Source: Phoronis australis (Eukaryota > Animalia > Phoronida). From it: 64,000 nt of DNA. Below are positions 47,464-62,400 of the stretch, piece after piece. The translations under genes were made by a program, and so were the position numbers. Under the pieces are notes generated by a model. It saw only the letters and a list, made by a program, of their open reading frames with translations. It did not search any database and was not told the DNA's origin. The DNA is taken from assembly GCA_002633005.1 (NCBI GenBank), contig NMRA01000107.1, positions 807,872 to 871,871 of the forward strand, read 5' to 3'. Position 1 is the stretch's first letter. Each line of letters starts with the position of its first letter.

Positions 47464-50400
47464 CTGAAAGTAAAATCAGGCACATGAGCAATACACATTG
47501 GGCAACACCCTGTACAAGAATTCGAATAACATGAGAAGAATCCTGCGTTGACACCCAAACTGGTCGAGATCGGGCAACTCCGCAGGTTTACGCACCACAG
47601 AATTTGCCGGTTCAAATCAAAGGCACCATGCTGTTGTGGTGAATGAAATGGTCCCAGCTGTTGATGATAGTGTTTTCTAGATAATGAGACCATCACGGAA
47701 AAATAGAACAAAGGTGACTTTGATTGAACGTTTCCTAGCTCCACGGACATGAGTGTGACATGTGAGCTCACCTAGCACCAGTGTGACATGTCCACACACA
47801 AGTTTCTTGCACAAACTGTTGCCACACCCGCGCTTGTCTTATATTCCGCAGGAAAATGAAAAGAGCCACAGCGTGCCAAACTACTGAGCTGTCACAACCA
47901 CCACAAACACAACTCCATACCATTCTTTATCGTACACAGGGAAAACAAACAGCAATATGTGACGATCTTTCACACTAAACAGAATGGAGAATCAATAGTG
48001 TTGTGACTGATTATCCTGATTCTACGCAGTATGTATCAGCCAATAAATGCTGGTAACTCAAGACTGCCTGATAGTGTTTGGCGGTGTTCGGAATTGACAG
48101 CTGATTGACTGGAGAGGCTAGTTTTTGATTTTTAATATGGAATTAGCAGCTTAAAGAGGCTTGGTACAAGATAAACAAAATAAATTGCAATATCGAAAGT
48201 GCTTCTCTGCCACTGAAACAGAATTCTTCCTGCTCACGGGGTATTTTTATGATTTGTTTGTAAAGATTTTAAAATTTCTGTTGATATCAAAGCATTGTCT
48301 TTTAGCTTCAAATTTCAAAAAACAATCCATCAACTACTTGCCACATTGTCATTTTTTCTCCCACAAGGCAAAGTACGTCTCCTTATTTGGTATGGCAAGA
48401 CAAAGACGTAGCACATTTCCCTGATGTGGAAAATGTGACCTTTGACCTCAAGCAACTTCAAGCAACTGATAAAAATCTTGGATTTTGCGATTTCTTGGAA
48501 ACTTCCTCACAGGGGAAAGTGAATTACTCGGTACAAGATATTGCATGATGGTACCTTCATCAGGAAATGCTAAAAAGATACTTTTGATGAGTTTTCGCGC
48601 TCCATGTCTCTTTAATAGCAATAATGGGTATTGTGACTTACTTCCAACTTACCTGCACAATGCGGATGAGAATATAATCAAGCATGAACCAGAAGATGAG
48701 ATGGAATATGAAGAAGCCGAGTGGACTGAGCCCAAACAGGAAGTAGATAGCCCATGAGGTGAGGGCACCTAACAGCATTACCTCGGAGACCGGTTCGAAG
48801 AACCGCAGCAGGGGCACCATGGCCACCCGTAGTTTGGTCCACCTACAGGGCAAGACAGACCAGACATAACATGATGACTGATATACAATAATGGTGGAAG
48901 ATAAAATGATCATCTAATTTATAAACAAATGAAAACAATTCACTATCAAGGTCACTGTGTTCTTAAGTTACTGTACAAGAAAGCAGCTGTGATGTAGTCT
49001 TAATAACTGCTGCACAACCACACTAAAACTGACAACCACAAAACACACCATGATACTGACCCACGCTACAAATTGAATAAATGACGCACATCAGTTTTAA
49101 AAAACCTGAAAAAATCTAGCATTCGTTGGATAACTTGATGAAAAATGAGGCAAAAGCCACGAATTGAAAGAACTGAGGAAAACATTTTGTGCAGAAACTT
49201 CCATCAATTTTTGATGGACTGCTTCAAACTTTAATAGTCCATAAGATCTAGGAGACAATGAAATGCAAATGTCAGTTGAAACACTGTCCTCACCTGGAAC
49301 ATCTATTTTGGAACGTAGATATGGAATAGTTTCCCGAATTCTGCCACGCTGTTTGACTTGAAATGACAACATGCCATCCCCTGAAGAGCAAAGAATTCAC
49401 CGATAATCGTATAAAGCAAGGTGGACAGATGAGTGGTGAAGTACAAGCAACAGCACATTGGCAACAGCACATTGGCAACAACACATTGGCAGACAAGTAC
49501 AGTACACAACAAAACAGAATAATGGAACAAATCTGCTCTTCCTGCATAATCATGAACGTAATGACATGCCATCACTCGTAGTGACTCAGCAGTTCAACTA
49601 CTCTATAAGTGCAATCTGTTGTCACTCAGTCATTGCGATGGAGAATTCCATTTGGGTCAGCCGTGATCAGAATCCTGCATCATTTAGTCTCATCATCTTT
49701 GGGGTCTTATGTCCAGTTATGCACAATGTATTGAGGTAAGATATCTTGTGTAGTGTTTTTATGTGACCATTCATAACCAGTGAGTGAAGTAGAGAAAACC
49801 ATTCAAAGAGCCCAAACAGTCGTAGGGTAAAAAAAAACAATGTCAATATGTGTCTAAACATTTAGGTAAATATGTAATGAGGCACAGTTTTACTATTCTG
49901 GGAGTATTGCCAGCAGGCAACACAACAGCACAATGAGCGGAGACAATCGGTCTCCCTCTTGCAAAACAGACTGAGGATTTCTCGTTGTGTGCATTTTTCT
50001 CATCATTACATGGAATGCAGTGCTTTTCTTATTAGCCTGGTGTAGTCTACTGGCAGATTTGACATACAATCGCAAAACACATCCTGCACGTCAAAAGGGT
50101 CAAGAAAGAGGAACTTTAAGTTTGTCTACGATAAATTAACTGAAATTGCAAGAATTGAGTTAGGGCTGATGTGATAAGAGCCGTAGCTCTTTAATGAGAC
50201 AAGGATGTTGTTAAAGGAGAATGCCACCCAAAAAACAACCTATTTTGTATCAATTTAGATCGAGTAGTTCTACTTGATAACGCCACATTCAGTTGCGTTA
50301 CCTGACACCTGACGACAGACGGAGGTGTTGAAATTATCCAATGATGTACACCGAGTTCATATAAAAGTGTGTTGTTTTATTTCGCTGTTGCGGATTTATT

Positions 50401-53400
50401 GGTATTTGGACACACCGTAGCCTACAAAGTTGGGCAGGCCAATTTACTAAGGTCCGTAGCAGGAGTTTGGGGTCTGTTCAGAGATAAATTCGAAGTATTC
50501 TTCGATCCGTGAAATATACAGAACATAGATCTGTGTTGTTTAGGCTTGTGATTTTTTGGGTTCTAAACACACAAAACGCTTGTTATCCTGGCCAGTGGCT
50601 CAGAACCCGATCAGGCCTGTCGCGGCCGCTGGTACAAACATAAACCAGCTTGAGTTGGAAACTAAACCTCCAGTCACGAAAAGACTATAATAGTGAGCCA
50701 AAGAAATAATGTTCACATAATTATCTATGCGAATTAGCCAGGAAACTGATTCCCCTAACATGTGACCATAGCATATAAAATCGAGTAATAATTGTTCACA
50801 ACAGCTTTTGTCAGCAAACACTGAATTAGCACGCGCTCACACAACTTCGGTGCCCAATCAATTACCTTTATTGCTGGCATCAAAAGCCGATAACGCAGTG
50901 TTTTATTCATTGCTGGCTTCTCAACATTTGCACTCACGAATACCGCGAAGCCGGCATTACAAATTGTATCTAATGAAACAGACTTTGTTTCAGTTTTATA
51001 TAAGCATTGGTTAGGATGAGAATAATTTATTTTGAAACAGAACGCAGAATAATCAGTAAACGTCTACATGACAACTCACCCGATGCCAATCCCGACTTAG
51101 TCAAGAGCTCATCCGACAAAGACTTCACGGGTCGGATCGTATAGGTTTCACAGGCAATCAGTTCGAACCGGAATACACTGATCAAGAAATACTAAAGAGG
51201 CACTGTGAACATGCACAGGCAACGGAACGTATGGGTAGCTCTTTGGTAAGCCGGAATTCGTCAGAAAAATCACTGTCGACGAAATATCGGCCACATACAC
51301 GGAGATGCTTCACGGCCTCATACTTGCTATTAACAGCGTACTTGTCATTCTTCACTACCGCGAGCCACTTCCTAAGCATTTTGGGCTCTCGAGAAAGTCG
51401 AAAAAAACGATTTACCCGCTTTCTTCGCAGCTTCATATTTCAGATAAGCGGGAACGATGCACTGCAATATAGCGGCATTTACTCAGAAAACGAATAACTG
51501 ACGTCACTGCGTTGTTTCTCACCTTCCTCACAGGTTAACGCGACACCTCTCGGCAAGGTGAGGTCGACCGTATAAGAGGCGATGTGGATATAGACCGATT
51601 ACGACGGTAAAAAAGACTAATTAAATCGGGTGACATTCTCCTTTAATGAGAATACCCCTACTGACTGTGGGGACGGTGATCACCTATCATGACAATGAGA
51701 ATAAGCAACTTGTTCCAGGATTCGATAAGACTTCAGATTTCAATGGCAACCTGGTAAAAAAACCCATGCATACACATCCAGGCACAGTTCCAGATTACTA
51801 TATGGAGTGAACACAAGGGAATAGGGATTATCAAAATTCGGAGGGGTCTGTTCATGGCTCATGCATGTGTCCTGATGACATACAGGTGTATACCTCTGTT
51901 TGGTACATGTAGGTCGGCCCGTATGGGATATTGGGTCTGAGAGGATAATTGGTAGGCACCAAAAACATTGGACTAGCTCAGAAGACCAAAGGGCTATCAC
52001 CGATGTTACAGCGAACATTTGCCAGTTTTAGATATCCCGGATTCTCATTTTTGACTCTAGCCAATCATACATCATGTGGGTGGGTCAGGACTTTCACAAG
52101 CCATGTTTCCTTGTTTTGGTAACTCCATTTCCCATTCACTGACCTGGGAATTTTGCCAGGTCGCAACTGGCAAGAGTTACTTTAACTGTCAAGCCCTGAT
52201 TACTAAAAATGACATGAAGGAGTCCCTCATTCATGGCATGGTGTTCTAATACCATTGGCCTTTCAGCTGGTGATTAGTGCAGTCAACAAACAGTCACTGC
52301 CATTAAACACCTGTCCAATTACAATTCAACAGGTAATAGGTGACCTATTACCTGTTGAATTGCAATTGGTGTAATGGCCTACAAACAGTCCATTTCTGAG
52401 GTTAAATTTACTCAAATTCAAAACGATTCTGAATGAGGACCCATGCTTGACATGTCAAATATGTATTGAGGTATGTAACAAAGTCGAACAGGCATAAACA
52501 TCAAACCAAACCATGTACTGACCAATGATAGCATTTTTCATCTGAATCGTAAATACTCATTATTGGTCTATTGGGTGAATACCTAACTTAAAAGTACATT
52601 ATCACAATTTTTAATTATCANAACAAATCTGCTCTTCCTGCATAATCATGAACGTAATGACATGCCATCACTCGTAGTGACTCAGCAGTTCAACTACTCT
52701 ATAAGTGCAATCTGTTGTCACTCAGTCATTGCAATGGAGAATTCCATTTGGGTCAGCCGTGATCAGAATCCTGCATCATTTAGTCTCATCATCTTTGGGG
52801 TCTTATGTCCAGTTATGCACAATGTATTGAGGTAAAATATCTTGTGCAGTGTTTTTATGTGACCATTCATAACCAGTGAGTGAAGTAGAGAAAACCATTC
52901 AAAGAGCCCAAACAGTCGTAGGGTAAAAAAAAACAATGTCAATATGTGTCTAAACATTTAGGTAAATATGTAATGAGGCACGGTTTCTTTATCCTGGGAG
53001 TATTGCCAGCAGGCAACACAACAGCACAATGAGCGGAGACAATCGGTATCCCTCTTGCAAAACAGACTGAGGCTTTCTCGTTGTGTGCATTTTTCTCATC
53101 ATTACATGGAATGCAGTGCTTTTCTTATTAGCCTGGTATAGCCTACTGGCAGATTTGACATACAATCGCAAAACACATCCTGCACATCTATAGGGTCAAG
53201 AAAGAGGAACTTTAAATTTGTCTACGATAAATTAACTGAAATTGCAAGAACTGAGTTAGGGCTGATGTGATAAGAGCCGTAGCTCTTTAATGAGACATGG
53301 ATGTTGTTAAAGGAGAATGCCACCCAAAAAACAACCTATTTTGTATCAATTTAGATCGAGTAGTTCTACTTGATAACGCCACGTTCGGTTGCGTTATCTG

Positions 53401-56400
53401 ACACCTGACGAGAGACGGAGGTGTTGAAATTATCCAATGATGTCATTCGTTTCACACGCAGTCTGTTCAGCAGTTCACAACACGGGTTACTGGTGTCAGC
53501 TTATCGCTTGAATTCAACGTTAACACCAATAAATCATCAAACTTCGATGTAAACCCCTTAAAAATACACAGAGTTCTTATAAAAACGTGTCGTTTTATTT
53601 CGCTGTTACGGATATTGGTATTTATACACACCGTAGCCTACAAAGTTGGGCAGGCCAATTTACTAAGGTCCGTAGCAGGAGTTTGGGGTCTGTTCAGAGA
53701 TAAATTCGCAGTATTCTTCGATCCGTGAAATATACAGAACATAGATCTGTGTTGTTTAGGCTTGTGATTTTTTGAGTTCTAAACACACAAAACGCTTGTT
53801 ATCCCGGCCAATGGCTCAGAACCCGATCAGGACCGTCGCACAGGCAACGGAACGTATGGGTAGCTCTTTGGTAAGCCGGAATTCGTCAGAAAAATCACTG
53901 TCAACGAAATGCCGGCTAGACACGAAGATGCATCATGGCCTCATACTTGCTATTAACAACATACTTGTCATTCACTACCGCGAGCCACTTCCTAAGCATT
54001 TTGGGCTCTCGAGAAAGTTGAAAAAACGATTTACCCGCTTTCTTCGCAGCTTCATATTTCAGATAAGCGGGAACGATGCACTGCAATATAGCGGCATTCA
54101 CTCTGAAAACGAATCACTGACGTCACTGCGTTGTTTCTCACCTTCCTCACAGGTTAACGCGACACCTCACGGCAAGGTGAGGTCGACGTATAAGAGGCGA
54201 TGTGGATATAGACCGATTACGACGGTAAAAAAGACTAATTAAATCGGGTGGCATTCTCCTTTAATGAGAATACCCCTACTGACTGTGGGGACGGTGATCA
54301 CCTATCATGACAATGAGAATAAGCAACCTGTTCCAGGGTTCGATAAGACTTCAGATTTCAATGGCAACCTGGTAAAAAAACCCATGCATACACATCCAGG
54401 CACAGTTCCAGATTACTATATGGAGTGAACACAAGGGAATAGGGAATATTAATCAAAATTCGGAGGGGTCTGTTCATGGCTCATGCATGTGTTCTGATGA
54501 CATGCAGGTGTATGCCTCTGTTTGGTACATGTAGGTCGGCCCGTGTGGGATATTGGGTCTGAGAGGTTAATTGGTAGGCACCANAAAAAACTAAAATTGC
54601 CACTAGGGGGCACACCGGTAGTCGGATCCGTCCGAAAGTTCGCACATGCCGTCCCATTCATGAATGGAACGTATGTGCCAAATTTCATGAACGTATGTCA
54701 AAGGGTTTTGGAGATAGAGCAGCGGACGCCGGACGGACGCCGCCCGGACGGACGGACGGACGGACAGAGATGACGGCATAATGCGTCCACATATAAATAT
54801 GTGGGCGCATAAAAATGACATGGGAGTCCCTCATTCATGGCATGGTGTTCTAATACCATTGGCCTTTCAGCTGGTGATTAGTGCAGTCAACAAACAGTCA
54901 CTGCCATTAAACACCTGTCCAATTACAATTCAATAGGTAATAGGTGACGTATTACCTGTTGAATTGCAATTGGTGTAATGGCCTACAAACAGTCCATTTC
55001 TGAGGTTAAATTTACTCAAATTCAAAACGATTCTGAATGAGGACCCATGCTTGACATGTCAAATATGTATTGAGGTATGTAACAAAGTCGAACAGGCATA
55101 AACATCAAACCAAACCATGTACTGACCAATGATAGCATTTTTCATCTGAATCGTAAATACTCATTATTGGTCTATTGAGTGAATACCTAACTTAAAAGTA
55201 CATTATCACAATTTTTAATTATCATAACAAATTGCATGTAAATTTGATCCTGTAAGTTTCATTAAAATCTATTAAAACTAATATTGGTTTTAGAGCACTT
55301 TTACTCAGCAATGCCTTTGACAATGGGAAATTCAGTTGTTAAACACATTGACAGTGAAGGCGTTAACTCTGCCATGTGATGTGTGTTGTGCCAGAGGACG
55401 TTGGAAAAAACACCTCATAAAGAAATGGGATCGGAAAAACGATCTTGCGGTTGTGCACGGTAGTTTCACGAAGACGACCAACGTCTTCAAAATCCATAGA
55501 AGTAGAGGTAGAAAGTCAGGAGCAAACTGGACAAAAATCGATTTTATTAAATGATTTGAAAATTGGGTTTTGCTTCGATATTTTTTAATTCGAAATGAAG
55601 AAAATTGACAGTTAGTGTATCTGCTGTAACCACAAGGTTAATGAGTACTCATGGTAATGTGATATCCACCTGTCTAGAAAAGCCTGGGCAAAGAAGAAAT
55701 CCTCAGCTAGATAGTTGGTGAAGGCCTCCAAGCCACCTGCTTCTTCGAGAACGTCCTTCCTCATCATGGACGACATACCTGTAGCACAGTTCAAACCACA
55801 CAGATTGGAAGCCAGGTAGATCTTTGCGTGGTGCGTGCCAAAGTACACCTGAAAGGGTAGGTGATGGGAGACATGAGCATCCTCACTAATAATCCACTAA
55901 AGTATGAGATGCAGTCAAAAACAGATTGCAAATGACAAATGGCAATGTAATTTAGTCACGTATAACTGCAAAAGTCACTGAAAGTGGAATAAGTGGCACA
56001 CAACATTGTTATGCGGAAGCAGACGGTACTGTTTTCATTATTCTATGAAATAAAAGGAGCTCGCCTACTTTTGGTTGATTCTATTTTATTGAAAGCACCA
56101 AAGAAGTTATCCTATTTCAACCGAAATTTTTGCATAAATACCACTCGTTTTGATATTTTGTATTGTATTATAGGGTTGATACAACTTAACTCCACTTGTC
56201 ATATTCCGGCGATTTTCGTAAAAACAAGTCAGAATTGGCCAATCCAATCAGCGCCATCTTGAGGCTTAGAGACTAGGATGCTGGGTGATCAGCGAAAATA
56301 CAAACACAAACTTGAAGGTAACAGTGATAAAGAGAGAACCGTGTGTTAACATGGGTCATGCTGAAGTAATCGAGCACTACCTTTTTGGAGAACAAAGTAA

Positions 56401-59400
56401 TACTTACAGTTTCTAAAACCGATGCAAAGCCTTCCCTAGGACAAACGTAAGGCATCTGGTGGACGAGCCCGACGTCTTCCTTCATACAGGACACCATGTC
56501 TAACAGTGTGTCTGGCTTCACTAAAAAATGCACCGCAACATGCTTATAAGAATGAGGACCCTGTGTGCAGCATATTAACAACAACATTAACACTGAGTAT
56601 TCTGCTTTATCAAAAGTCAAAAGCATGTGCCCACTACAGGACAAAATTTTTTTGTCCCGTAATCAAAGTGCCCATATGCAATGGCCGATATTTCTACCAT
56701 CTCTTGTTGGAAGTTAATGATTGCTGGTATATTTGTAGAAAACATCTGGTACAATAATCGTACCGATTTTCAGCCGTATATGTAAAAATTGCAGCCTCTA
56801 TGAGCATTTGAATCTGAATTGAAAAAACAAAATTGCTGCCATCTTGGATCCGATCATGACGAAAAACGATAGGCTTCCAGTACTTCCAGGACTACAGGTT
56901 GTGTGTAAATTTCGTGCAAATCAAACGAAAAATGCAACCTGTAGAGTGCAAACAAACAAAAAAGTTGATGGCAAAGCAAAGGATGCAATGCATTGACAAA
57001 ATTGCACCACTGCCATCAAGTCTTGTTAAGAGCTTGACTGGCATGGCTTTAGAGGGAAAGGCAGTTTCCATGTTTTGTAAAACACATATAGTGTACAACA
57101 GCAGTAGTCATTTTTACATTTCGTGTAGATGAGAACTGAGATTCAGTACTTTTTTGAAAGTTGTGTCATTAATCTAGAGAGCAAATAACCCTCACATATA
57201 TATACAGCAGTTGGACTCAGCTGCAAAATAATCGCACAACTTGATGTTCCTTAACCGTGACAGCTAACGACCCATCTGAGGAGGAAATGATGGCCAATGG
57301 CCCACAATAAATGACAAGGAAATGATGGGACAATTATTTATAAGAGGTCAGGTTACACCAGCCATTCCAGCCACCATACAGTGAAGTTATCTTCAACTTT
57401 TAAATACCACCATGATGAGGTATGCAAATTCAGTTGAGGTCAGACATAATTAATTTACCTGTGTAATTCAGTTGGTTGACTTTTTCCAATGGAATAAAAC
57501 CAACGCAAAGCGTTGAAATGCACCAACGACTGCAGCACAAACAGTATGGTTTTTGGAGTATTTACATGTATCGGTATCATGTAATATATAAAATAAAATA
57601 AAAAGGCCACTTGGGGGTGTAATATAAGACAAATCCGCCTAAGGCGGATTGGTAGATAGTTAACTTATTTGCAAAATTCCATCAATGAACTGGATGGGTA
57701 TAGAGCTGAGCTAGTTGAATCAATTCCAAAATTGGCTTGTTACGATGTTCATACATGATAGGAACATGTGTGCAAAATTCCGCAAACATTCAATAAGTGG
57801 TTTTGTAACAACAAATAAAATGGGTATGATGGTGTAATTTGCCCACATATACAACCGGTCAATGACGAGCCAACAACCGGTTGGACAAAAACTTGTAACC
57901 TGTGCAGTATATGTATTGCATATAAATAAGGGCGATGAGTTAGGGAACTAAAACAAACACATTATGGGTTGCTGGTAAGGGTTTTAACAAGGCAATTCTT
58001 AAGATAATGAAAGAAATGCGAAAACATTCATCGTGAACAAGATCAAAATAATCCTAAAATCACACCCATTTTATGACCAACTTCTCACTATTGAAGAATG
58101 AGATTAAAAATCAAAGGCATGAAGCAGTACTTGCACTTAATAGGACATTTCAAATGTTTAGCCAGCGATGTTACGTAATTAACCAAAACCCATTGGGATT
58201 CAGAAACCACTGCTACTCCCACTTCATCTTCAGATTTTTTGATGAAAGAGCTGTCAACAGAAGCCACAGGCAATGTGTAAATGCGCTATTTTCTAATGTT
58301 AGATTCAGCCAATCCCAATAAAGCTGAAAGAGTTTTCTGGAATCGCTAGTGGTTTTGATATTCTTGTTGGCTACGGAAATCAAGTCCTGTCACAGTGAGG
58401 GATATTTAGAGACCAACTTCATGAGTTTAGGTTGGCTTAGTTTGATTTTTTTAGCATTTAAACACAGCAAGTCATTAGCAGGATGTCAACTTCGTCCGAT
58501 ATGATTTTTTACAAATGTACCTTTTAAGTAATTTCTAAGACTTGCATTAAAAGTGCATCAACAGAGGGAATAACTGCAAGATGCCAGCCCCCATCTGTCT
58601 ATTTAATGTCCATCCAAACCTGTTTGCACAACCATGGCATTGACAATGGTGCGAACCTTCATAAACCATGAGTCAGTCTTATCACATTCAATTATTACTA
58701 GGGTAACAGTAAATGTCCCAAACATCTGTCAACAGCAATGTTCTGAGTGCTAAACCAGTTATTAGCAAACTAAAACCTTGAGGGCTTCTTGTTCTCAGTG
58801 GGAGCATGTGGACAGTCATGAAAATACAAAATGTGTAAGATTTTTAACTGCCACACACTACATTTTTTAAAGAGACATAAGTATTTCTAGTGAAGAGGTT
58901 AGGGCTAGAGAATAGACAATGTTCACCACTGAAATTGAATTCCACAATACTGAAGGTGAACTTGGAATCAGTATTGTGGAGAACACTGAGTACAAGCAAA
59001 GCATGTGATCACACTAGTTTTACTGTGTCAAGGAATTCTGAAGATACAGAAGCAAACTTAAGAACATAAAATTGGCAATACCACCAACTACAGTCGTCAC
59101 ATCAGTCTATAAGTCATCACTTGCCAAATTTTGCAATGATCCTGAACAGATTTAGGATACAGACAGAGGAGGAACACAGATGACAAACCTAATGTGACAG
59201 TATACGCATTGAATATGTGGGCATTCAAAAATGATTGAGATCTATAGCATTTTGCCTGGTTCATTTATTTGTTCACGATTGCTGACCAGCAGAAATGAAT
59301 ACATGAACAAACACAATGATACGAGTTTAACACCGTGTTTCATTGATCTGACTTATGAAATTCTCCCCGAGCATTTCAGCCTTTTCTCACTACCACGAGC

Positions 59401-62400
59401 TCTTCATTCCATAATTATCTTCAATTTTCCGAGACCAAGTGACATCAATGTAGCACTATTTTGTATCAATAAATATTTAAACTTATTACAACTTACTCTT
59501 TATCCCACTGTCAGAGATAACAACCAGGGGATACTTGGCTGAATAGTAACCCAGAATCATATTATTGATCTTGGGGTTGACTCCTATATTTTTACCACCT
59601 GTGAAAACAAAAGGAGATACATAAAGAGTGGACTAAGACAAACACCAGAGAACATGTATGAAAAAACAGATGATAATAAGGGTAGTGATTGTTTTATGTA
59701 ACAATGAAATGCAAAGTTTATTTTAACTGGCAAGATATTTTCACTGCATTAACCATGGAGGGGGGGATCAGAATTGTAGCAGTTGTCAAATTGCCAACCT
59801 GACTCACTCCTAGTTTCAGATGAGTGGTGAACAGGCTGGAAGTAGTTGTAGTTCCAGGGTTAAAATGCCAATGCTTCACAGCTGTCCATGAAGGGGTCAA
59901 TATTCCCACCACTCAATTATCACAATCAAAGTTAACACTCATTGCAATTGGTATTACATAATGGCCACTCACTGTCTACACTGAATCCATTAATGCATTG
60001 TTAAACAAGGACATTCCCTTCACTGAGAGTATGTGTCCTCTGATTAGTAAAACACTCAACAAAGTGTAACAAAAAATGTAAGGGAAGCCTCAAGGTAGCA
60101 CCTCTCTGGTGTATCAACATGCCAGCTAAATAGACTCTAGCATTTTGTGTTACTACCAGAAGAGTCAGGGGGAATGAAAGCATTTGAAATTTGCTAATAT
60201 GTGAACAAGACACCAATACTACGTAGCACTGTGTAGCACCAGGATGGAGGATATGTACGGTTTCCTCTTTGACTGAAGGGACACTCAAGTCAGGCAAGGG
60301 GTTCAAAAAGCATCACATCACAAATTGAGGCTGCAACACCCAATCATATTATGATGTAAACAAACGTAATTTATTTGATTAACATTGGCTTCATAAAACT
60401 TACCTAAATATAATGTTGCATCTACATTTGGGTATCTGCCCATAAGGCTATGCACAACCATTATGGCGGGGTCAGATTCCTCACGGATACAGAATAATAG
60501 CTCATACTGGAAAACAAATTTTCAAGAAATAAGCTGCCTTGAATAATCCTTACTGAGCATGGCAAATCATCACCTATTGAGCACATAATATGGCAGACAA
60601 GTGAATATTTGTTTTGTCAATTTTTTCTATAAAAGGATTTACATTAAGAAAATTTGAGTACGTGAAAGCTTAGTCTGAACTATGTAGATGTCACATAACA
60701 ATATTGATACAGTAACGCTCCCAGTATTTACCACATGACAACCAGCCTTTGAAAAAACATAACAGAAAAATGACAATTTTGGCAACCACTTTTGGGCAAT
60801 AGTCGGATATAGTGTGCCCACATTTTGAGAACGAATTTCATGGCCACTATTAAAAAAATTGATTCTTAAAAGGCCAGCTCATTATATCCGACTATTAACA
60901 TTACTCACCCTTAGTGTAAAATAAGTGGAAAATTACCTATTACATTATTTAAGCTCAAAAGAAGTGAACACTTTTCAAACTTGACCCTCATTATTCAAGC
61001 TTTGCCAATGTTATTCAAGCTTCTAGAATTAGAATCTACTCAATTCAAGGTTCCATGTAATCTCTCAACCAATGTGACAGATGTCTTAATTTTAGCAGTG
61101 CACTTATGTGTACTGCAGAGCAACATGGCCACCTGCAAACAGTTTGTGAGATATGTTTAGTTCACTTACTAGTGGGTCTGTTTGGTAATGACCTTTACTA
61201 ATGGTAGTCACCTTCAATTATATAATGGACCAGGACCAACCATCCAAGCATGCATAGCAACTGGTTACCAAGAGGCAATGCTTTTCAAGCTATGAACTTA
61301 ATGTTGAACAAGAGCACCGCAAACTGTTGAATATGTCAAACTCGTCCAAAAATGATTAGGCCTCCCCACTTCCTATTGAAAACCTATTTGCAAAAATGTC
61401 CTGAAAACCCTCCAATAAAGGCAAACACAAGAAAAAAGGATTGTCACTGCAAAGCACTGAGGTATTCGAATTTGCAATATTCATATAGGAATTCATGCGC
61501 CAAAAGATCCTGCCAAAGGGTTGAAGAGATACGACTGTAGATACAAAAACAAAGCTACTGGGGGGTGTCACAGTAGTCTGACTAGTCCAAAAACTAAAGC
61601 TTGCCATGCTGTAGTTAGAAGGAAAACATCTGCAATTCTCTGAAACATCCTTTGCCGCTGTTGGCGTATAAAGGGGCTGATGCTAAAAACACACTCGAAG
61701 ATAATAAAACAGTTGCTAGGTGGCGTACAAGGTACAATACACTGGATCTGTCCAAAAGTAAAGGGTGTTGTTATCTCTTTAACTGAAACCTACTGACAAA
61801 TTTGATGAAATTGTGTCAAGGAGCTCTAGTGATACAAAGGAAAATTTAAAAAATAAATTTCCACTAGGCGACACAGTTACAGCCTATCTGCCAAAGTTCA
61901 TGAAAATTCATTGAGGATCTTTTAAAATACAGAGGTAAACGTAAAAGACTAAAATTGACACTACGGGGCACACTAGTAGTCCGACCCGTCCGAGTGTCGT
62001 CATCGTCCAATGTCAACTTCATATTAATATACTAGCTAAATTTAATATAGAGCCTGCAGAGCGTTTACGAGATACAGCCATGGGCACAAAATCAAACAAA
62101 ACTGCCACTAGGAAGACCCACAGTAGTTGAAGTCGTCAGAAAATCATCGTTAGCTGCCCGCTTTACAGTAAGAACATACATGACAATTTTCACAATCATC
62201 CTTCGGGTGGTTTGGTTGATAGAAGGGTAGACAGCAAAAAACTAGATAACAGTAAAAATGGCCACTAGGTGGCGCAAAATACATCAAATCCATGCGGAAG
62301 GATAGCGTCATCTCATTAGCAGCTGCCTATGTGTCAAGTTTCAGGAAAATACGCTAAGCACCTTGAAAGATACAGAGGTAAACCTAAAAAAATTAAGTTG

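Larger units (their letters stand above)
49526..55224. repeat. About 3-kb near-identical tandem duplication (49526-52620 / 52622-55224) in a UGCG intron
   Basis: The copies abut exactly at the N at 52621; a second N lies at 54584. Confidence 0.93.

Noticed and set aside
48524-48564. Minus-strand CTGATGAAGGTAC...GTACC-GAGT hammerhead-like motif
   Set aside because: GAGT replaces GAAA and there is no stem III or cleavage triplet.
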